From IMG/VR virus record IMGVR_UViG_3300031555_004728, positions 160,001 through 224,000 of that record: a stretch of DNA of 64,000 nt. One strand, written 5' to 3'. Position 1 is the first letter of the stretch, and every line of letters starts with the position of its first letter. This document shows positions 42,053 to 53,038 of the stretch, in pieces. Both the position numbers and the translations under genes were made by a program. Under the pieces are notes generated by a model. The model did no database searches and was not told where the DNA came from. It was given only the letters and a program-made list of their open reading frames with translations. This DNA comes from a virus (taxonomy: Duplodnaviria; Caudoviricetes).

Positions 42053-42142
42053 CCTTTGCTATTTATTCTTAATTTTTTGTAAATAGAAAAATATTATTTT
42101 ACTGAAGATGTCATGAATTTAATAAAGAAAGGATGGTAATAA

Positions 42143-43168
42143 ATGTTTGATGTACATGAAAGAGACAGACAAGAAATTGACACGATTTTGGATAACCTGA
42201 AAAAGCAGGGCAAAATTGATTTAGAACTTAAAGGTGATAATGAAAGACAACTTTTCCAAGACCAATTTCACCAGCAAGCAATTCAGATGGGATTATTACA
42301 ACAACCCAGTTCTGAATTTGCAAGTTCGTATAATGTACTTAGAGAATTTTTACTTAGTAAGAAATTTGAAAATCTTTCTAGTAATACTTTAAAAATTTAC
42401 TATAATACGATTTTCAATTTTATTGAACAAATGGATGAAGGTAAGACTCTATTTGATGTCAAGACTGCTGATATCAGAGCTTATTTAATGCACTATCAAG
42501 ATGAACATAAGTGTTCTAGTCTAACTATAGATAATATGAGAAGGTGTTTCTCATCATTTTATAATTGGCTAGAAGATGAGGATTATGCTATTAAAAACCC
42601 GGTTAAAAAGATAAAGAAAATAAAAAGTGATAAAGTTATAAAGAAACCATTTAGTCATGAAGAATTGGAAATGATTAAAGATGCTTGTAGAAACTATAGG
42701 GAATTATCACTTATAGAGTTTCTGTATTCTACAGGTATTCGTGTTAGTGAACTTTGTGGACTAGATATTTCAGATTTAGATTTTAACCAAAGAGAAGGTA
42801 TTGTATTTGGTAAAGGTAGCAAAGAACGTGTTATATATTTTGATGTTAGAAGCAAAGTCCATTTATTACGATATTTAAATACAAGAGTCGATAATAATCC
42901 GGCATTATTTGTTACTAAGAAATATCCATTTAATAGATTAGAAAAAAGCGGTGTCGAATCTATTATAAGAGAAATAGGTAAACGTGCTGGAGTGGAAAAA
43001 TGTCATCCACATAGATTTAGAAGAACATTTGCTACTAACCTTCTCGATAGAGGGGTTCCTATCGAGCAAGTACAGATTTTATTAGGTCATAATAAAATAG
43101 ATACTACGTTATTATATGCTACAGTAAATACACAATCAGTTAAATTAAATCATGACAGATTCGTTTAA
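42143..43168 (+). CDS. XerD-like tyrosine recombinase
   Basis: TGIRVSEL (R), GKGSKER (K), HRFRR (HxxR), LLGH, TLLY (Y); SAM-like N-domain. Confidence 0.93.
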   Translation: MFDVHERDRQEIDTILDNLKKQGKIDLELKGDNERQLFQDQFHQQAIQMGLLQQPSSEFASSYNVLREFLLSKKFENLSSNTLKIYYNTIFNFIEQMDEGKTLFDVKTADIRAYLMHYQDEHKCSSLTIDNMRRCFSSFYNWLEDEDYAIKNPVKKIKKIKSDKVIKKPFSHEELEMIKDACRNYRELSLIEFLYSTGIRVSELCGLDISDLDFNQREGIVFGKGSKERVIYFDVRSKVHLLRYLNTRVDNNPALFVTKKYPFNRLEKSGVESIIREIGKRAGVEKCHPHRFRRTFATNLLDRGVPIEQVQILLGHNKIDTTLLYATVNTQSVKLNHDRFV

Positions 43169-43179
43169 TTAGAAAATAA

Positions 43180-43215
43180 AAATGACTAGATAGAAAATCT
43201 ATCTAGTCATTTATT
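43180..43215. terminator. Bidirectional terminator
   Basis: AAATGACTAGATAGA/TCTATCTAGTCATTT. Confidence 0.7.
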
Positions 43216-43224
43216 TTTTTAATA

Positions 43225-44130
43225 TTAGAATGTGATATCAATTGCTTTAACAGCTTCGATTGTTTCAGCATTTCTAATTTCAACTTCAATTTCCTGTTGT
43301 TTAGATACTAATGGTCTAACAACTGCTTCAATGTCTGCAGCAAGAGCCTGAAGTTCATCTAATGTCCAGTCATATGTACATACTTCTCCAGTAGCATTCC
43401 ATGATGGAGTATATTCTGGATTTAATGATGCCATCATAATAACTGCCATAAGTTGTGATTGTTTTTCTTGTGTCATACTGTATTCAGCTTCAACACCAGC
43501 ATGTGCTGTAGATTTAACAGTATTTGTTGCAAGATAATTTGCAAGATTAACTTTGCTTGTTGCAATTCTGTAATCTTTAAGACCTTCAAGATCAAGTTCA
43601 TCTTCATCAAGAAGATTAAGTTGTGTCTTGATAATGTCAATATCACTTGCATTACTTGTAACAGTTTCATTATATTTAGCCATTTGAGCTAATGATTCTT
43701 TAAGTTCAGTATTAGCTGTGCTCAAAGTTTCAACTTTACCAGCAAGTGTCTTATTTTCTCCTTGAAGTGTATTAACAAGATCTTCAAGAGTTGCAATCTG
43801 CTCTGGGATTGTTGTAGAGAGGCTCATCTTAGCTTCTAATACTTCAACTTCTTCACCATCAATTTCAACAAATGCTGTTGAGATTTGTTCTAATACAGTA
43901 TAATCATTGATTGTACGAACTTCAACTTCATTTTCATATACTGTAAGAACTGCAGTCTTTAATTCATCCTGACAGATAGCTTTTACTGCTGCAATTGTAT
44001 CAATTTCTTTGCCAAATGTAAAGCAAATAACTTTTTTACTAACGCCTTTTCTTTTAAGAATTGATTCAAAAGGAAGGGCTGCAAGAGGATATGCAGTAGA
44101 GTCATTTGTGACTAATTTATACATACTCAT
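43225..44130 (-). CDS. Coiled-coil protein with DUF4376-like C-terminus (possible fibre chaperone)
   Basis: Central heptads; C-terminal WT.DEL.AL...IRNAETIEAVKAIDITF; late-type promoter at 44190-44201. Confidence 0.55.
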   Translation of the reverse strand: MSMYKLVTNDSTAYPLAALPFESILKRKGVSKKVICFTFGKEIDTIAAVKAICQDELKTAVLTVYENEVEVRTINDYTVLEQISTAFVEIDGEEVEVLEAKMSLSTTIPEQIATLEDLVNTLQGENKTLAGKVETLSTANTELKESLAQMAKYNETVTSNASDIDIIKTQLNLLDEDELDLEGLKDYRIATSKVNLANYLATNTVKSTAHAGVEAEYSMTQEKQSQLMAVIMMASLNPEYTPSWNATGEVCTYDWTLDELQALAADIEAVVRPLVSKQQEIEVEIRNAETIEAVKAIDITF

Positions 44131-44297
44131 AGTAAATTATACCTCACTTTCAAAATTTTAAATAATTAATTTTTAATTACTTTTTCATTTATTGAAATGT
44201 TTCATTTGATGAGAATAGATTAATAATTTAAAAATATATTATATTTAAGTATAGACTATATAATAATACTATTTCTAAAAAAGAAGGGAGTATACAA

Positions 44298-45107
44298 ATG
44301 AGTATTAAAGAAGCAAAAAAGAAAGCAATTAAGAGACAAAAAAGAGAAGAACTTGGATATAAGTTCAGATGTGTTTTAGCAACACTTATTATGATTTTAT
44401 TGGTATCTGGTACATGTGTTGGTGGAGTTGCAATCGTTATTGCATCTGCTAATTCCGCACTTGAAGATATTAGTAAATCAATCGTCTCAAACGAAAATGA
44501 AACTAAAAGTGTAAAAGAAAAAGAAGAGAAAGAAATCATTGAAACTGTAGCAGCTATTGATACTATCTCAGATAAGACAAGTGAGGTTGAAACTGCAGTA
44601 GACGTCAATGAAGAAATTCATCAGGTACATTATGAAAAAATGAGCAAAGAAGAAATTGTATCTGAAGGATTATCACAAGATGAAAATGTAGCACAAAGAA
44701 TGACTATCGACCATAATACAATGTCTATACTTATTCGAGTAGTCGAGGCTGAAGTTACAGGTTCGTCATTCAGATACAAAGGAAATGATGTAAGTTATGA
44801 TGAATTATTAAAATCTAAAATTAGAGTTGCTCAGGTATTCATGAATCGAGTCGAGGATCAAGGTGAATTTAAAAATATAACATCATTATATCAATCACTT
44901 ACATATCCAGGAGCTACATCTACATTTGGTGATGGAAGATATTATAAAGTAGAAATTACTGACATTACTAGAGAAGCTGTTAGATTAGCTTTAAGAGCAG
45001 ATACACCTGATTATACAGATGGTGCATTGTTCTTTAATAGTGGCACATCTTGCAAATATGGTTCATACCTATTTACAGATGCTGTCGGACATTCATTCTA
45101 TAAATAA
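44298..45107 (+). CDS. SleB-like cell-wall hydrolase with N-terminal membrane anchor
   Basis: RVVEAE, VAQVFMNRV, DYTDGALFF, GHSFYK. Confidence 0.8.
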   Translation: MSIKEAKKKAIKRQKREELGYKFRCVLATLIMILLVSGTCVGGVAIVIASANSALEDISKSIVSNENETKSVKEKEEKEIIETVAAIDTISDKTSEVETAVDVNEEIHQVHYEKMSKEEIVSEGLSQDENVAQRMTIDHNTMSILIRVVEAEVTGSSFRYKGNDVSYDELLKSKIRVAQVFMNRVEDQGEFKNITSLYQSLTYPGATSTFGDGRYYKVEITDITREAVRLALRADTPDYTDGALFFNSGTSCKYGSYLFTDAVGHSFYK

Positions 45108-45149
45108 AATAATCCCTAGTAGCATTTAGCTACTAGGGATATTTATTTT

Positions 45150-47417
45150 TTACTCAAAAAATGAAGCCATCATTTCATCAGCAAAATCATCAAAGCTTTT
45201 TTCTTCAACTAAAGATTCTGGAATGTGACTCATTTCCTTAAAAGTATCTTCAATTACTGATTCCATCTTTGCATCTGATTCATCTGAATCTGCTTTATCA
45301 AGATTATCAACCCATTTCTTAAGTGAATTCATATAATCAGATTTCCACTTTTCAAATGCTTCATTAGGTGTTCCATCTTTTTTATCATATTCAAATGCTC
45401 TTACATAAATAGATGTCTTATCAGCATTCTTGTTTTCATACCATCCTTCTGGAATTGATTTCAAATTATACTTCTTATCAAATGTTAGTCTTGCTGTTGT
45501 ATATAATTTACCATGATATACACCATCTCTAAAGTTATCTTCTTTAATTCTTGTCTTATTATGACCAGAACAAGAGTATTTAACTTTATAACCAAGTCTA
45601 TTAAGAAGTTCTACTACATATTTGATATCGTCATCAATTTCATGTGTTGCTTCAGAGAATAGTTCAGAATCAAAATCAACCTGATTTAATACAGTTTCAC
45701 ATATTTTTTCTTCTTCAAACTGATTTTCAAGACATTCTAAAAATACACCAACTTTTGTTTCAAAGTTTTCTGCACTTTCTTCAAAGATTGAATTTATCAT
45801 TTCCATACATGAAATACTTACGTTTTTCATAGGTGCTTCTGATAAAACAGATTCAATAAATTTACCTACATTTGATTCTGTTATGAAAATTCCTTTATTT
45901 AAAGAATCTACTTTTTCAACGATATATTGCTTTCTTTCACTAACAAAATCATCAGATGATTCTTTAACAAGAATTTCTGATAATGTGTATTTGTTGTTAT
46001 TGAAACCTGATATAATGTCTTCCGCTGATTCTTTAACATCTTTTTCTTTTTCAACATCTTTAAAGTTTTCGATTGCATGATCTAAGCGATTTAATGCTTC
46101 ATCATAATCTTCTTTTTTAGAGTCTTTATCTTCTCTTATTTTCTTTAAACGTTTTGCAGCATCTTTAACATCAGATGCATCACATTTAAGTCCGAAATCA
46201 ATTTTTTCATCTACAGTAGATTCTTTTACAACTTCTGCAGATTTCTCATAGAAGATAATAACACCATTATCAACTGATGTGAATTCTGCTGTCATAGTAA
46301 TTCCTTTTGTAGACTTTTCATATTTGATTACAATACCATTTTCTTTTATAGGTTTAAACCCACAACCTACAATAGCATTTACAACTTCAGATGGTTCTAA
46401 TTCTTGATTAATGAAATTAAATGTATAACGATTCTTTTTAACGTTAATCAATGATTTAAATGATTGGGAATCATTTTCAGGATTTGATAATCTTAGATGT
46501 TTTTTAAGTTTATCAAATAACTTTTTAACTTCAGAATCAAAGATAATATTATTTTTGTATACAACACCTTCAAGAGCGATAAAAGCACCTGATGAGCGTA
46601 ATACATCTCCATAATATTCACTTACTGATTCTGCAGCAACCATTTTAAATTCTTCGTTATTTTCTTCCTCTTCAGAATTAATTTCTGCATCAGTAGATGC
46701 TACCATATCTTTAACAGTTCCAGCACTTTGATGAACTAATAATTGACCATCTACTGGAATAACAGGCATCATAGTTTCAACACCTTCTTGTGCTGTAAAT
46801 CTTGTAGATATGAAGTCTTTAAGAAGATACCCATCTTCTAATGAAATAGCACCAGATAAGATTTGACCATCTATAACTCTCTCATATAAAAATCCAGATT
46901 CTACTCTGTAATCAGGATATGATTCATACATACTTCTTTCGAACTCTGTAAAACCATCTTCTCCATTTGATTCTTTATATAATTTGAGATTATCCATTTT
47001 TCTATCAGCAATTTCTGTTGCTAACTTACCAACCACATTATCATTTGACCATGTTCTTTCAAATGTATATGAGTTGTAAATTGACTCTCCTGTTAATCCG
47101 TTTATGATTTCTTTATAATCTAAAACACTTTCACCAACAAATGGATTGATGTTTGGTACATTAGCTTCAATAACTGATTCAAGAGTCGCATCGTGTAAGG
47201 TATCTGCAGCCTCCAATGCAAATTCTAAAAGTGATTCTTCGCTTGTATTTATAATATTAAGCATAGCACATGCACTAGATTCTGTAAGATATCCTAAGGA
47301 ATAATTTTCAGTGATTTGATTTAATAATCTAAAGTCTTCCAATACTTTAGCTTCCATGTATCTACTACTAAATACTCTTTCTTTTGAGCTAGGTATTGGT
47401 CGTACATCAAAACTCAT
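45150..47417 (-). CDS. Large acidic putative head/virion protein
   Basis: 755 aa with many xES motifs; C-terminal LNRLGYKVKYSCSGH domain; late-type promoter at 47444-47455. Confidence 0.55.
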   Translation of the reverse strand: MSFDVRPIPSSKERVFSSRYMEAKVLEDFRLLNQITENYSLGYLTESSACAMLNIINTSEESLLEFALEAADTLHDATLESVIEANVPNINPFVGESVLDYKEIINGLTGESIYNSYTFERTWSNDNVVGKLATEIADRKMDNLKLYKESNGEDGFTEFERSMYESYPDYRVESGFLYERVIDGQILSGAISLEDGYLLKDFISTRFTAQEGVETMMPVIPVDGQLLVHQSAGTVKDMVASTDAEINSEEEENNEEFKMVAAESVSEYYGDVLRSSGAFIALEGVVYKNNIIFDSEVKKLFDKLKKHLRLSNPENDSQSFKSLINVKKNRYTFNFINQELEPSEVVNAIVGCGFKPIKENGIVIKYEKSTKGITMTAEFTSVDNGVIIFYEKSAEVVKESTVDEKIDFGLKCDASDVKDAAKRLKKIREDKDSKKEDYDEALNRLDHAIENFKDVEKEKDVKESAEDIISGFNNNKYTLSEILVKESSDDFVSERKQYIVEKVDSLNKGIFITESNVGKFIESVLSEAPMKNVSISCMEMINSIFEESAENFETKVGVFLECLENQFEEEKICETVLNQVDFDSELFSEATHEIDDDIKYVVELLNRLGYKVKYSCSGHNKTRIKEDNFRDGVYHGKLYTTARLTFDKKYNLKSIPEGWYENKNADKTSIYVRAFEYDKKDGTPNEAFEKWKSDYMNSLKKWVDNLDKADSDESDAKMESVIEDTFKEMSHIPESLVEEKSFDDFADEMMASFFE

Positions 47418-47500
47418 ATATTTTCACCAACTTTCCATAGATTTAAAAGATTGTTTCGAGTATGGTTAAAAAGTGAATAAAAAGACTAGTAGATTTACTA

Positions 47501-48244
47501 CTAGTCTTTTTCCATAATTCTAAATGAAACTACACCATTATATCCAAACATTTGAAGATTCCTTAGAAGGATATTTGTATTTATAGGATTAGTATATCTA
47601 CCTGCCTCCAAAGTGTATGATCCATCATCATTATTTGTAATAAACAGTGACTTTTTATCAAATTTCTTATTTATTAAATCAGAACGAATCTTTATTAATT
47701 CTTGTTTACTTTTACTAGATCTGACTTTTACGAAATAATAAATATCTGTATCAGATGCCCAACCAATCTTCTCTTTTCTAGTTCGATTGAGTTCTCTTAT
47801 AAATCTACTATATTCGTATATACTAAAATCAGTAATTGTATCATATTTAAATAGTTGATAAATATCATTACTATCTGAACAGCATTCTGATTTAATTCTT
47901 CTATATGTAGTTGAATGTGGATTGTCTATCACATTTTGTGTAGATGCTTTTTGAAGTATTTCATAGTGGGCTATAATACAATCTTCTATCGTATTAAAAG
48001 TTTCTAACTTTTTACCTGTACTTTGTACACCTATACCAGCCACATTATTTCCAACAATTTCATTCTTTAAGAAATTTGTATATGTAAGACACATTATATA
48101 TGCAACATCAACTTGAATATTGAATTCTAATGCATATTTAATATATAAAGATATAATTTCTTCATTATCAACGTTATTATTTTGAGAAAATTTTCTAAGT
48201 TGATAGTCTGTTACAATACTTGCACCAGTTATATTTTTAACCAT
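47501..48244 (-). CDS. Glucosaminidase-like plus SPOR-like domain protein
   Basis: NNVAGIG...F.TIEDCIIAH; C-terminal YTLEAGRY...LQMFGYNG; catalytic Glu not evident. Confidence 0.55.
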   Translation of the reverse strand: MVKNITGASIVTDYQLRKFSQNNNVDNEEIISLYIKYALEFNIQVDVAYIMCLTYTNFLKNEIVGNNVAGIGVQSTGKKLETFNTIEDCIIAHYEILQKASTQNVIDNPHSTTYRRIKSECCSDSNDIYQLFKYDTITDFSIYEYSRFIRELNRTRKEKIGWASDTDIYYFVKVRSSKSKQELIKIRSDLINKKFDKKSLFITNNDDGSYTLEAGRYTNPINTNILLRNLQMFGYNGVVSFRIMEKD

Positions 48245-48351
48245 ACATAACTTCCTTTCTTAACTTATTCAATTAAAAAAATGTTTTTTGAGGTAAAAGA
48301 TATAAAAAAGAAAAGGCTTTGGGAGAAAGCCTTTTCAAAGGAGATTTATAT

Positions 48352-48897
48352 TTAATTCATATCATGAACGTAATATTCGTTCTTGATACTATTAAATACC
48401 TTAATTTCATCTGGCAGTAAATCTGCAGCAATGATAAGACGATTTGAAATCATATCGATGAAAATATCATGAGGTTCGTCATAATACTTTTCATCAGGAA
48501 TATATGCAAAGTAATCATATTTTCCATCATAAATTTCATCGCAGATTTTATTCATTTCTGCAACTGCAAGAGTTTCGATTTCAAGTAATCGATTTGTAGT
48601 GTTTTCATGATCACCATATTTTATTCCAGCTTCAATATAGAGACATCCATATGTTAAAGCAGCTAAAGTTTCTGTAGCTTCAGCAAATGCATCACGAAGC
48701 ATTCCGATACCCTCAAGTTCTTCCTGCTCTTTGATTTTTTCATTTCTTATAGTATTGGTTTTCTTGACACCGTATACAAAAGAATATATAGGCTTAACTA
48801 CATTATATGATGTGAACATATTACATGTTACATCGTTTGAAAATCTCAAACCTTTTCTTCCATATTTCTTTTTGATAATTCGTTTAATCTTTCTCAT
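48352..48897 (-). CDS. Hypothetical protein
   Basis: 181 aa, GGAGG RBS; leader shared with the 12790..13173 gene. Confidence 0.7.
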   Translation of the reverse strand: MRKIKRIIKKKYGRKGLRFSNDVTCNMFTSYNVVKPIYSFVYGVKKTNTIRNEKIKEQEELEGIGMLRDAFAEATETLAALTYGCLYIEAGIKYGDHENTTNRLLEIETLAVAEMNKICDEIYDGKYDYFAYIPDEKYYDEPHDIFIDMISNRLIIAADLLPDEIKVFNSIKNEYYVHDMN

Positions 48898-49067
48898 GAT
48901 TAAACCTCCTTAATAATAATATTTTTTGTTGACGATTGTATTTATTTACGTCACACTATTAAGTTTTCATAAAGGTATGTAATATCTTTTACCTTTATTC
49001 ACGATAATATTATATCATTGAATTTGATAGAAATTACAAGAAAATATAATGGAATAGAGTGGGAGGG

Positions 49068-49149
49068 GAACCAATTTTGTTAAGTTAAATTTCTCTAGTT
49101 ATCGATAATTTACGAAGATTACAGAAATCTTACTTAACAAAACTGCAAC
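49068..49149 (+). repeat. 82-bp element, copy 9
   Basis: Same arms and length. Confidence 0.97.
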
Positions 49150-49542
49150 CAACAAGAAATTTCTGAAACTTTAAACTATAGAAATGCTTATATAGAAGTA
49201 TTAAAAAATGATGATCAGACAAATACTACAATAACACCTGGTACAGATACTACTTTAAATATGTTTACAATACCTAGTACTGGCATATATTTTATAGTAG
49301 CATCCATAACTGCTACTAGTAAAGAAGATAATAAATATTTAATATTTCATTTGATTAAAACAACTTCAACAGGAACATATTGGACACCTATAGAACTTTG
49401 TGATAGTGGTTCTTATACAAGACTTTCAGGTTCTTGTATGGTTCCACTTGATAAAGGTACTATTTTAACACTTAAAGCAAGTACAAATAATTCAAGTAAT
49501 TTAAGTGTTAGTTATCGTTTTAGTATAGTAAAATTAGTATAA
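49141..49542 (+). other. Silent tail-fibre tip cassette 9 (C1q/BclA-like)
   Basis: NCNQQEISE...FTIPSTGIYFI...LDKGTILTL...FSIVKLV*. Confidence 0.85.
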
Positions 49543-49582
49543 ATAAATGAGAGAATGGATTTTTTCCATTCTCTCATTTATT

Positions 49583-50125
49583 TTATTCAACGGTTTCAGT
49601 ACTTTCAGTAGTGGTTGTTTCTTCAGATGTATTATTCTCTTCAGAACCATTTTCATTTTCTTCTGTAGATGTATTTTCATCTGGTTCAACGGTTTCAGTA
49701 CTTTCAGTACCTTCTTTTTCAGTTTCAGTATCAACTACATCTTCTGATTTAGTTGATTCTTCTTCTTGAAGTTTGATCTTATTCTGATCAATTTCGTCGT
49801 ATCTTTCATGAACGATAATTGTTGGTTTTTTATTTGTTTCTGTAATACTTGGTACATATGTATCAGAACTTCTACCAGTTGGTACACATACAAATACTCT
49901 TACAGCATCTTGTAATAAAATGAAGTCTTTATGTACTGTATATACAACATCATCATATACAACTTCACTTGTTCCTTTATTGTATGTTTGAAGTTCATAT
50001 GCACTATTAGCAATATCAACCCATTTATCTTGATTATTTTTTATAAAATTATAACCAAAATTATTTCCTATTTTAGCTTCTTCTTTTGTTAAGAATAATG
50101 CTTTATAGTTATATGGTGTATCCAT
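49583..50125 (-). CDS. Hypothetical protein with acidic low-complexity tail
   Basis: 180 aa; TESTETVE repeated. Confidence 0.7.
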   Translation of the reverse strand: MDTPYNYKALFLTKEEAKIGNNFGYNFIKNNQDKWVDIANSAYELQTYNKGTSEVVYDDVVYTVHKDFILLQDAVRVFVCVPTGRSSDTYVPSITETNKKPTIIVHERYDEIDQNKIKLQEEESTKSEDVVDTETEKEGTESTETVEPDENTSTEENENGSEENNTSEETTTTESTETVE

Positions 50126-50143
50126 AATTCATTTATTCCTTTC

Positions 50144-52897
50144 TTACATAGATTTTCTATCAGCTATTTCAGCCATTTTTGCAGCATTGAGTCTAGTATC
50201 GCCATGAACTCTTGAATATGATAAATATCCATTCATTCGTTCTATGGAAAGTATATGTTTAGAACCACATTTTGGACATACATCCATAGCAACACCTTCT
50301 TTACCACAATCTTCACAATAACAAAGAGTAAAATTAACACCTTCATACAATCCCATTTTCATAGCACGCCTTACGAAAGCTCTAATTGCATCTTTGTTAT
50401 AGTTAATTCCATATTTTACATATTGAATTCTTCCACCAGCACTTAAATTCCAGAATCTATATTCTTTATCTTGTTTTTCAATTCCATCCATTTCTTCACT
50501 TACATGACAATGGAATGAATTACTTACATATTCTCTATCAGAAACATTTTCCACAATACCATATTTTTGTCTAAATTGAGTAACTTGTGTTCCACATAAA
50601 CTTTCTGCTGGAGTTCCATAAATCGCATAAAGAATACCATCTTCTTTTTTAAACTCATTAATTTTATCGTTAATGTGTTGCATAACTTGTAATGGAAATT
50701 CTCCATCTTCACGAATAGATTTTCCATTATGTAATTGATTAAGTTCATTAAGCGCAGTAAATCCATAACTTGCTGTAGCGTATTTTAATAAAGGTTTAAT
50801 TTTTTCAGATGGATCTAAGAAACCATTATGAAAGCCACCTTGACAAAATGCTACAGGATTAGTACTTGCTTTAATATTAGATAAATATTCATATGTCATA
50901 ATATGAACTTCTCTAATTAATTGGAGATATTCATCTAAAACTTCATAGAAGTCTCTGTCTTCTTGTTTAGCTTTAGCATAAATCATTGGTAAGTGAAGTG
51001 ATACTACACCAATATTAAATCTTCCAGTGAAGAATGGTTTATCATTCTCATCTGCAGGATACATTCCACCACGTTCATAATATGGTGAAAGAAAAGCTCT
51101 ACAGTTATGAGAATCAAGTTCATTAACCATAAATCTGTCTGATTCTGTAGTGAAGTCATAACTGAATTTTCTTTGATGGAAAATTTCAATTTTTTCTACT
51201 TCAAATTCAGTATACATTTTGTAATCTGTAATACCAACTATTTTATCTCCTACTTGTATATTTTGTGCTTCAGTTCTTCCTTTTCCAATTATTGGAAGTG
51301 GATGATCAAAAGTACACATAAGTGATCTTTCTCTCGAACTGAAGTATTTTGTATCTTTAAAAGTGATTTTAATCCATTCATCAGTAACATTTCTGATTAC
51401 TCTATGAACTTTAACAAATTCATTTTTATTGATATCATATGTATAAAGATTAATAGGATCTGCATAAAAATCCCATTCTCTTCCTTCTTGTAATTTTACA
51501 CCAAACTTGGTAGGAATATTTCCAAGTTCGATTTCTTCCCAAAGATCTTCAAATGTATAATTAATATATTTATTATCATTATCATCTTCAGGTTTATTTT
51601 CTTTAATTCTGATTCTAGCAGAACCATCAACACAGCCCATAGGTGCAATAATTTCACCGTATTTATGCCACATTTCTGCTACAGTTGTATCTCCATCAAG
51701 AGATAAATAATCAGGATACATAGCTTTTGATGAGCAATCTAATGCTTCTTCAAAAAGCCATTCCAATTCTTTTCCCGGTCCATGTAAATCCTCAGTATAT
51801 GTAAATACTAATTTAGGGAAAAGAACTGATTTCTTTTTACCTGGTGCTCCTTGCCCTTCTTTTCTAACTTTAAGACAAATAGATGCTGCTAAACTAGCAA
51901 ACTTATCTGTTGAAACACCGATTGTGAATGTAGTAAATGGATAATCTCCTCTACTACTTGCTACAGTATTAAGTTTAATTTCAAGACCTTGGAAACCTTG
52001 TTCCATATCTCTTATAACTTTTGCCATTGCTTCATCTTCTGCTTCTTTAAATAATAGTGCTTTCATTTCATCTGTAATTTCAACACCTATAGTACTTAGA
52101 GCAGATAATAATGAATTAAGTTTTGATTCATAAATACCACTTTTATATTTATCAAAACTTAATTTAGCATATTTGGATACTAACTCATCAATACGTGGAA
52201 CTGTAAAACCACCGTATTGCTGACTTGCTGCGGATAAAATAATATCACCGATAACGTCAAATGTCGTATCGAGTGATTTTGGTTCATTATACCAGAGATT
52301 ACCCATCTCAAATCCACCAGTTAAAACAGTTTTAACATCAAAAAGACAACAGTTGATACCGTCTCTTCGAGAACTCATATCATGAATGTAAATATATCCA
52401 TCTCTACATGCCTGTAACATCTTTTTATTTAACTGGAATTTTTGGTATAATTCTTTGTTAAGTTGTCCAAAAATAAGACTACGTTTAGTAGATACTAACG
52501 TAGAATCTGAATTTGCATTTTCTTTATCACCGATATACATAATAGCTTGTGCTTTTTTATAGATAGAATCTATCATTGCGACAAATGAGGTTTTGTAATC
52601 ACGATAGTCTCTATAACTTTTTGCTACTTCAGGTGCAATTTCTTCTAACACTTTTTCTACTATATTATGCATCATTGGTACGGTTATATATCCATTACCA
52701 TCTTCTTCTTTTACCCAGTATTCTTTATTATGAATACTTTCATTTGCAAATTCTTTAATACGTCTAATTTCTTCATCAGAGAATTTATAAAGAACTCTGA
52801 ATGCAGATTTTTTAACAGCATTAATGATCTTATCTACATTAAAAGGCTGTATCGTATTATCCTTTTTAATAATATAAATCATATCATAAACCTCCAA
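50144..52897 (-). CDS. nrdD: Anaerobic (class III) ribonucleotide reductase with ATP cone and intein
   Basis: IYIHD, NCCL, QYGG, PMG[C..]CR, YGTPAESLC, SNSFH, CEDCG...CPKCG, RMNGYL glycyl-radical motif. Confidence 0.96.
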   Translation of the reverse strand: MEVYDMIYIIKKDNTIQPFNVDKIINAVKKSAFRVLYKFSDEEIRRIKEFANESIHNKEYWVKEEDGNGYITVPMMHNIVEKVLEEIAPEVAKSYRDYRDYKTSFVAMIDSIYKKAQAIMYIGDKENANSDSTLVSTKRSLIFGQLNKELYQKFQLNKKMLQACRDGYIYIHDMSSRRDGINCCLFDVKTVLTGGFEMGNLWYNEPKSLDTTFDVIGDIILSAASQQYGGFTVPRIDELVSKYAKLSFDKYKSGIYESKLNSLLSALSTIGVEITDEMKALLFKEAEDEAMAKVIRDMEQGFQGLEIKLNTVASSRGDYPFTTFTIGVSTDKFASLAASICLKVRKEGQGAPGKKKSVLFPKLVFTYTEDLHGPGKELEWLFEEALDCSSKAMYPDYLSLDGDTTVAEMWHKYGEIIAPMGCVDGSARIRIKENKPEDDNDNKYINYTFEDLWEEIELGNIPTKFGVKLQEGREWDFYADPINLYTYDINKNEFVKVHRVIRNVTDEWIKITFKDTKYFSSRERSLMCTFDHPLPIIGKGRTEAQNIQVGDKIVGITDYKMYTEFEVEKIEIFHQRKFSYDFTTESDRFMVNELDSHNCRAFLSPYYERGGMYPADENDKPFFTGRFNIGVVSLHLPMIYAKAKQEDRDFYEVLDEYLQLIREVHIMTYEYLSNIKASTNPVAFCQGGFHNGFLDPSEKIKPLLKYATASYGFTALNELNQLHNGKSIREDGEFPLQVMQHINDKINEFKKEDGILYAIYGTPAESLCGTQVTQFRQKYGIVENVSDREYVSNSFHCHVSEEMDGIEKQDKEYRFWNLSAGGRIQYVKYGINYNKDAIRAFVRRAMKMGLYEGVNFTLCYCEDCGKEGVAMDVCPKCGSKHILSIERMNGYLSYSRVHGDTRLNAAKMAEIADRKSM
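51104..51634 (-). mobile_element. Mini-intein (177 aa) in NrdD
   Basis: MG|CVDG...TFDHP...YDFT...SHN|CRAFL; no LAGLIDADG motifs seen. Confidence 0.92.
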
Positions 52898-52956
52898 TTA
52901 ATATGAATTAAAAGAATGTTTTTTGGTGTATGAAATGGTAAAATATAAATTACTGA

Positions 52957-53038
52957 GAACCAATTTTGTTAAGTTAAATTTCTCTATTTCTCGATAATTT
53001 ACGAAGAATACAGAAAACTTACTTAACAAAACTGCAAC
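52957..53038 (+). repeat. 82-bp element, copy 10
   Basis: Same arms and length. Confidence 0.96.

Noticed and set aside
42143-43168. Prophage integrase marking a prophage boundary
   Set aside because: Phage genes continue on both sides; no att/tRNA or host genes are seen.
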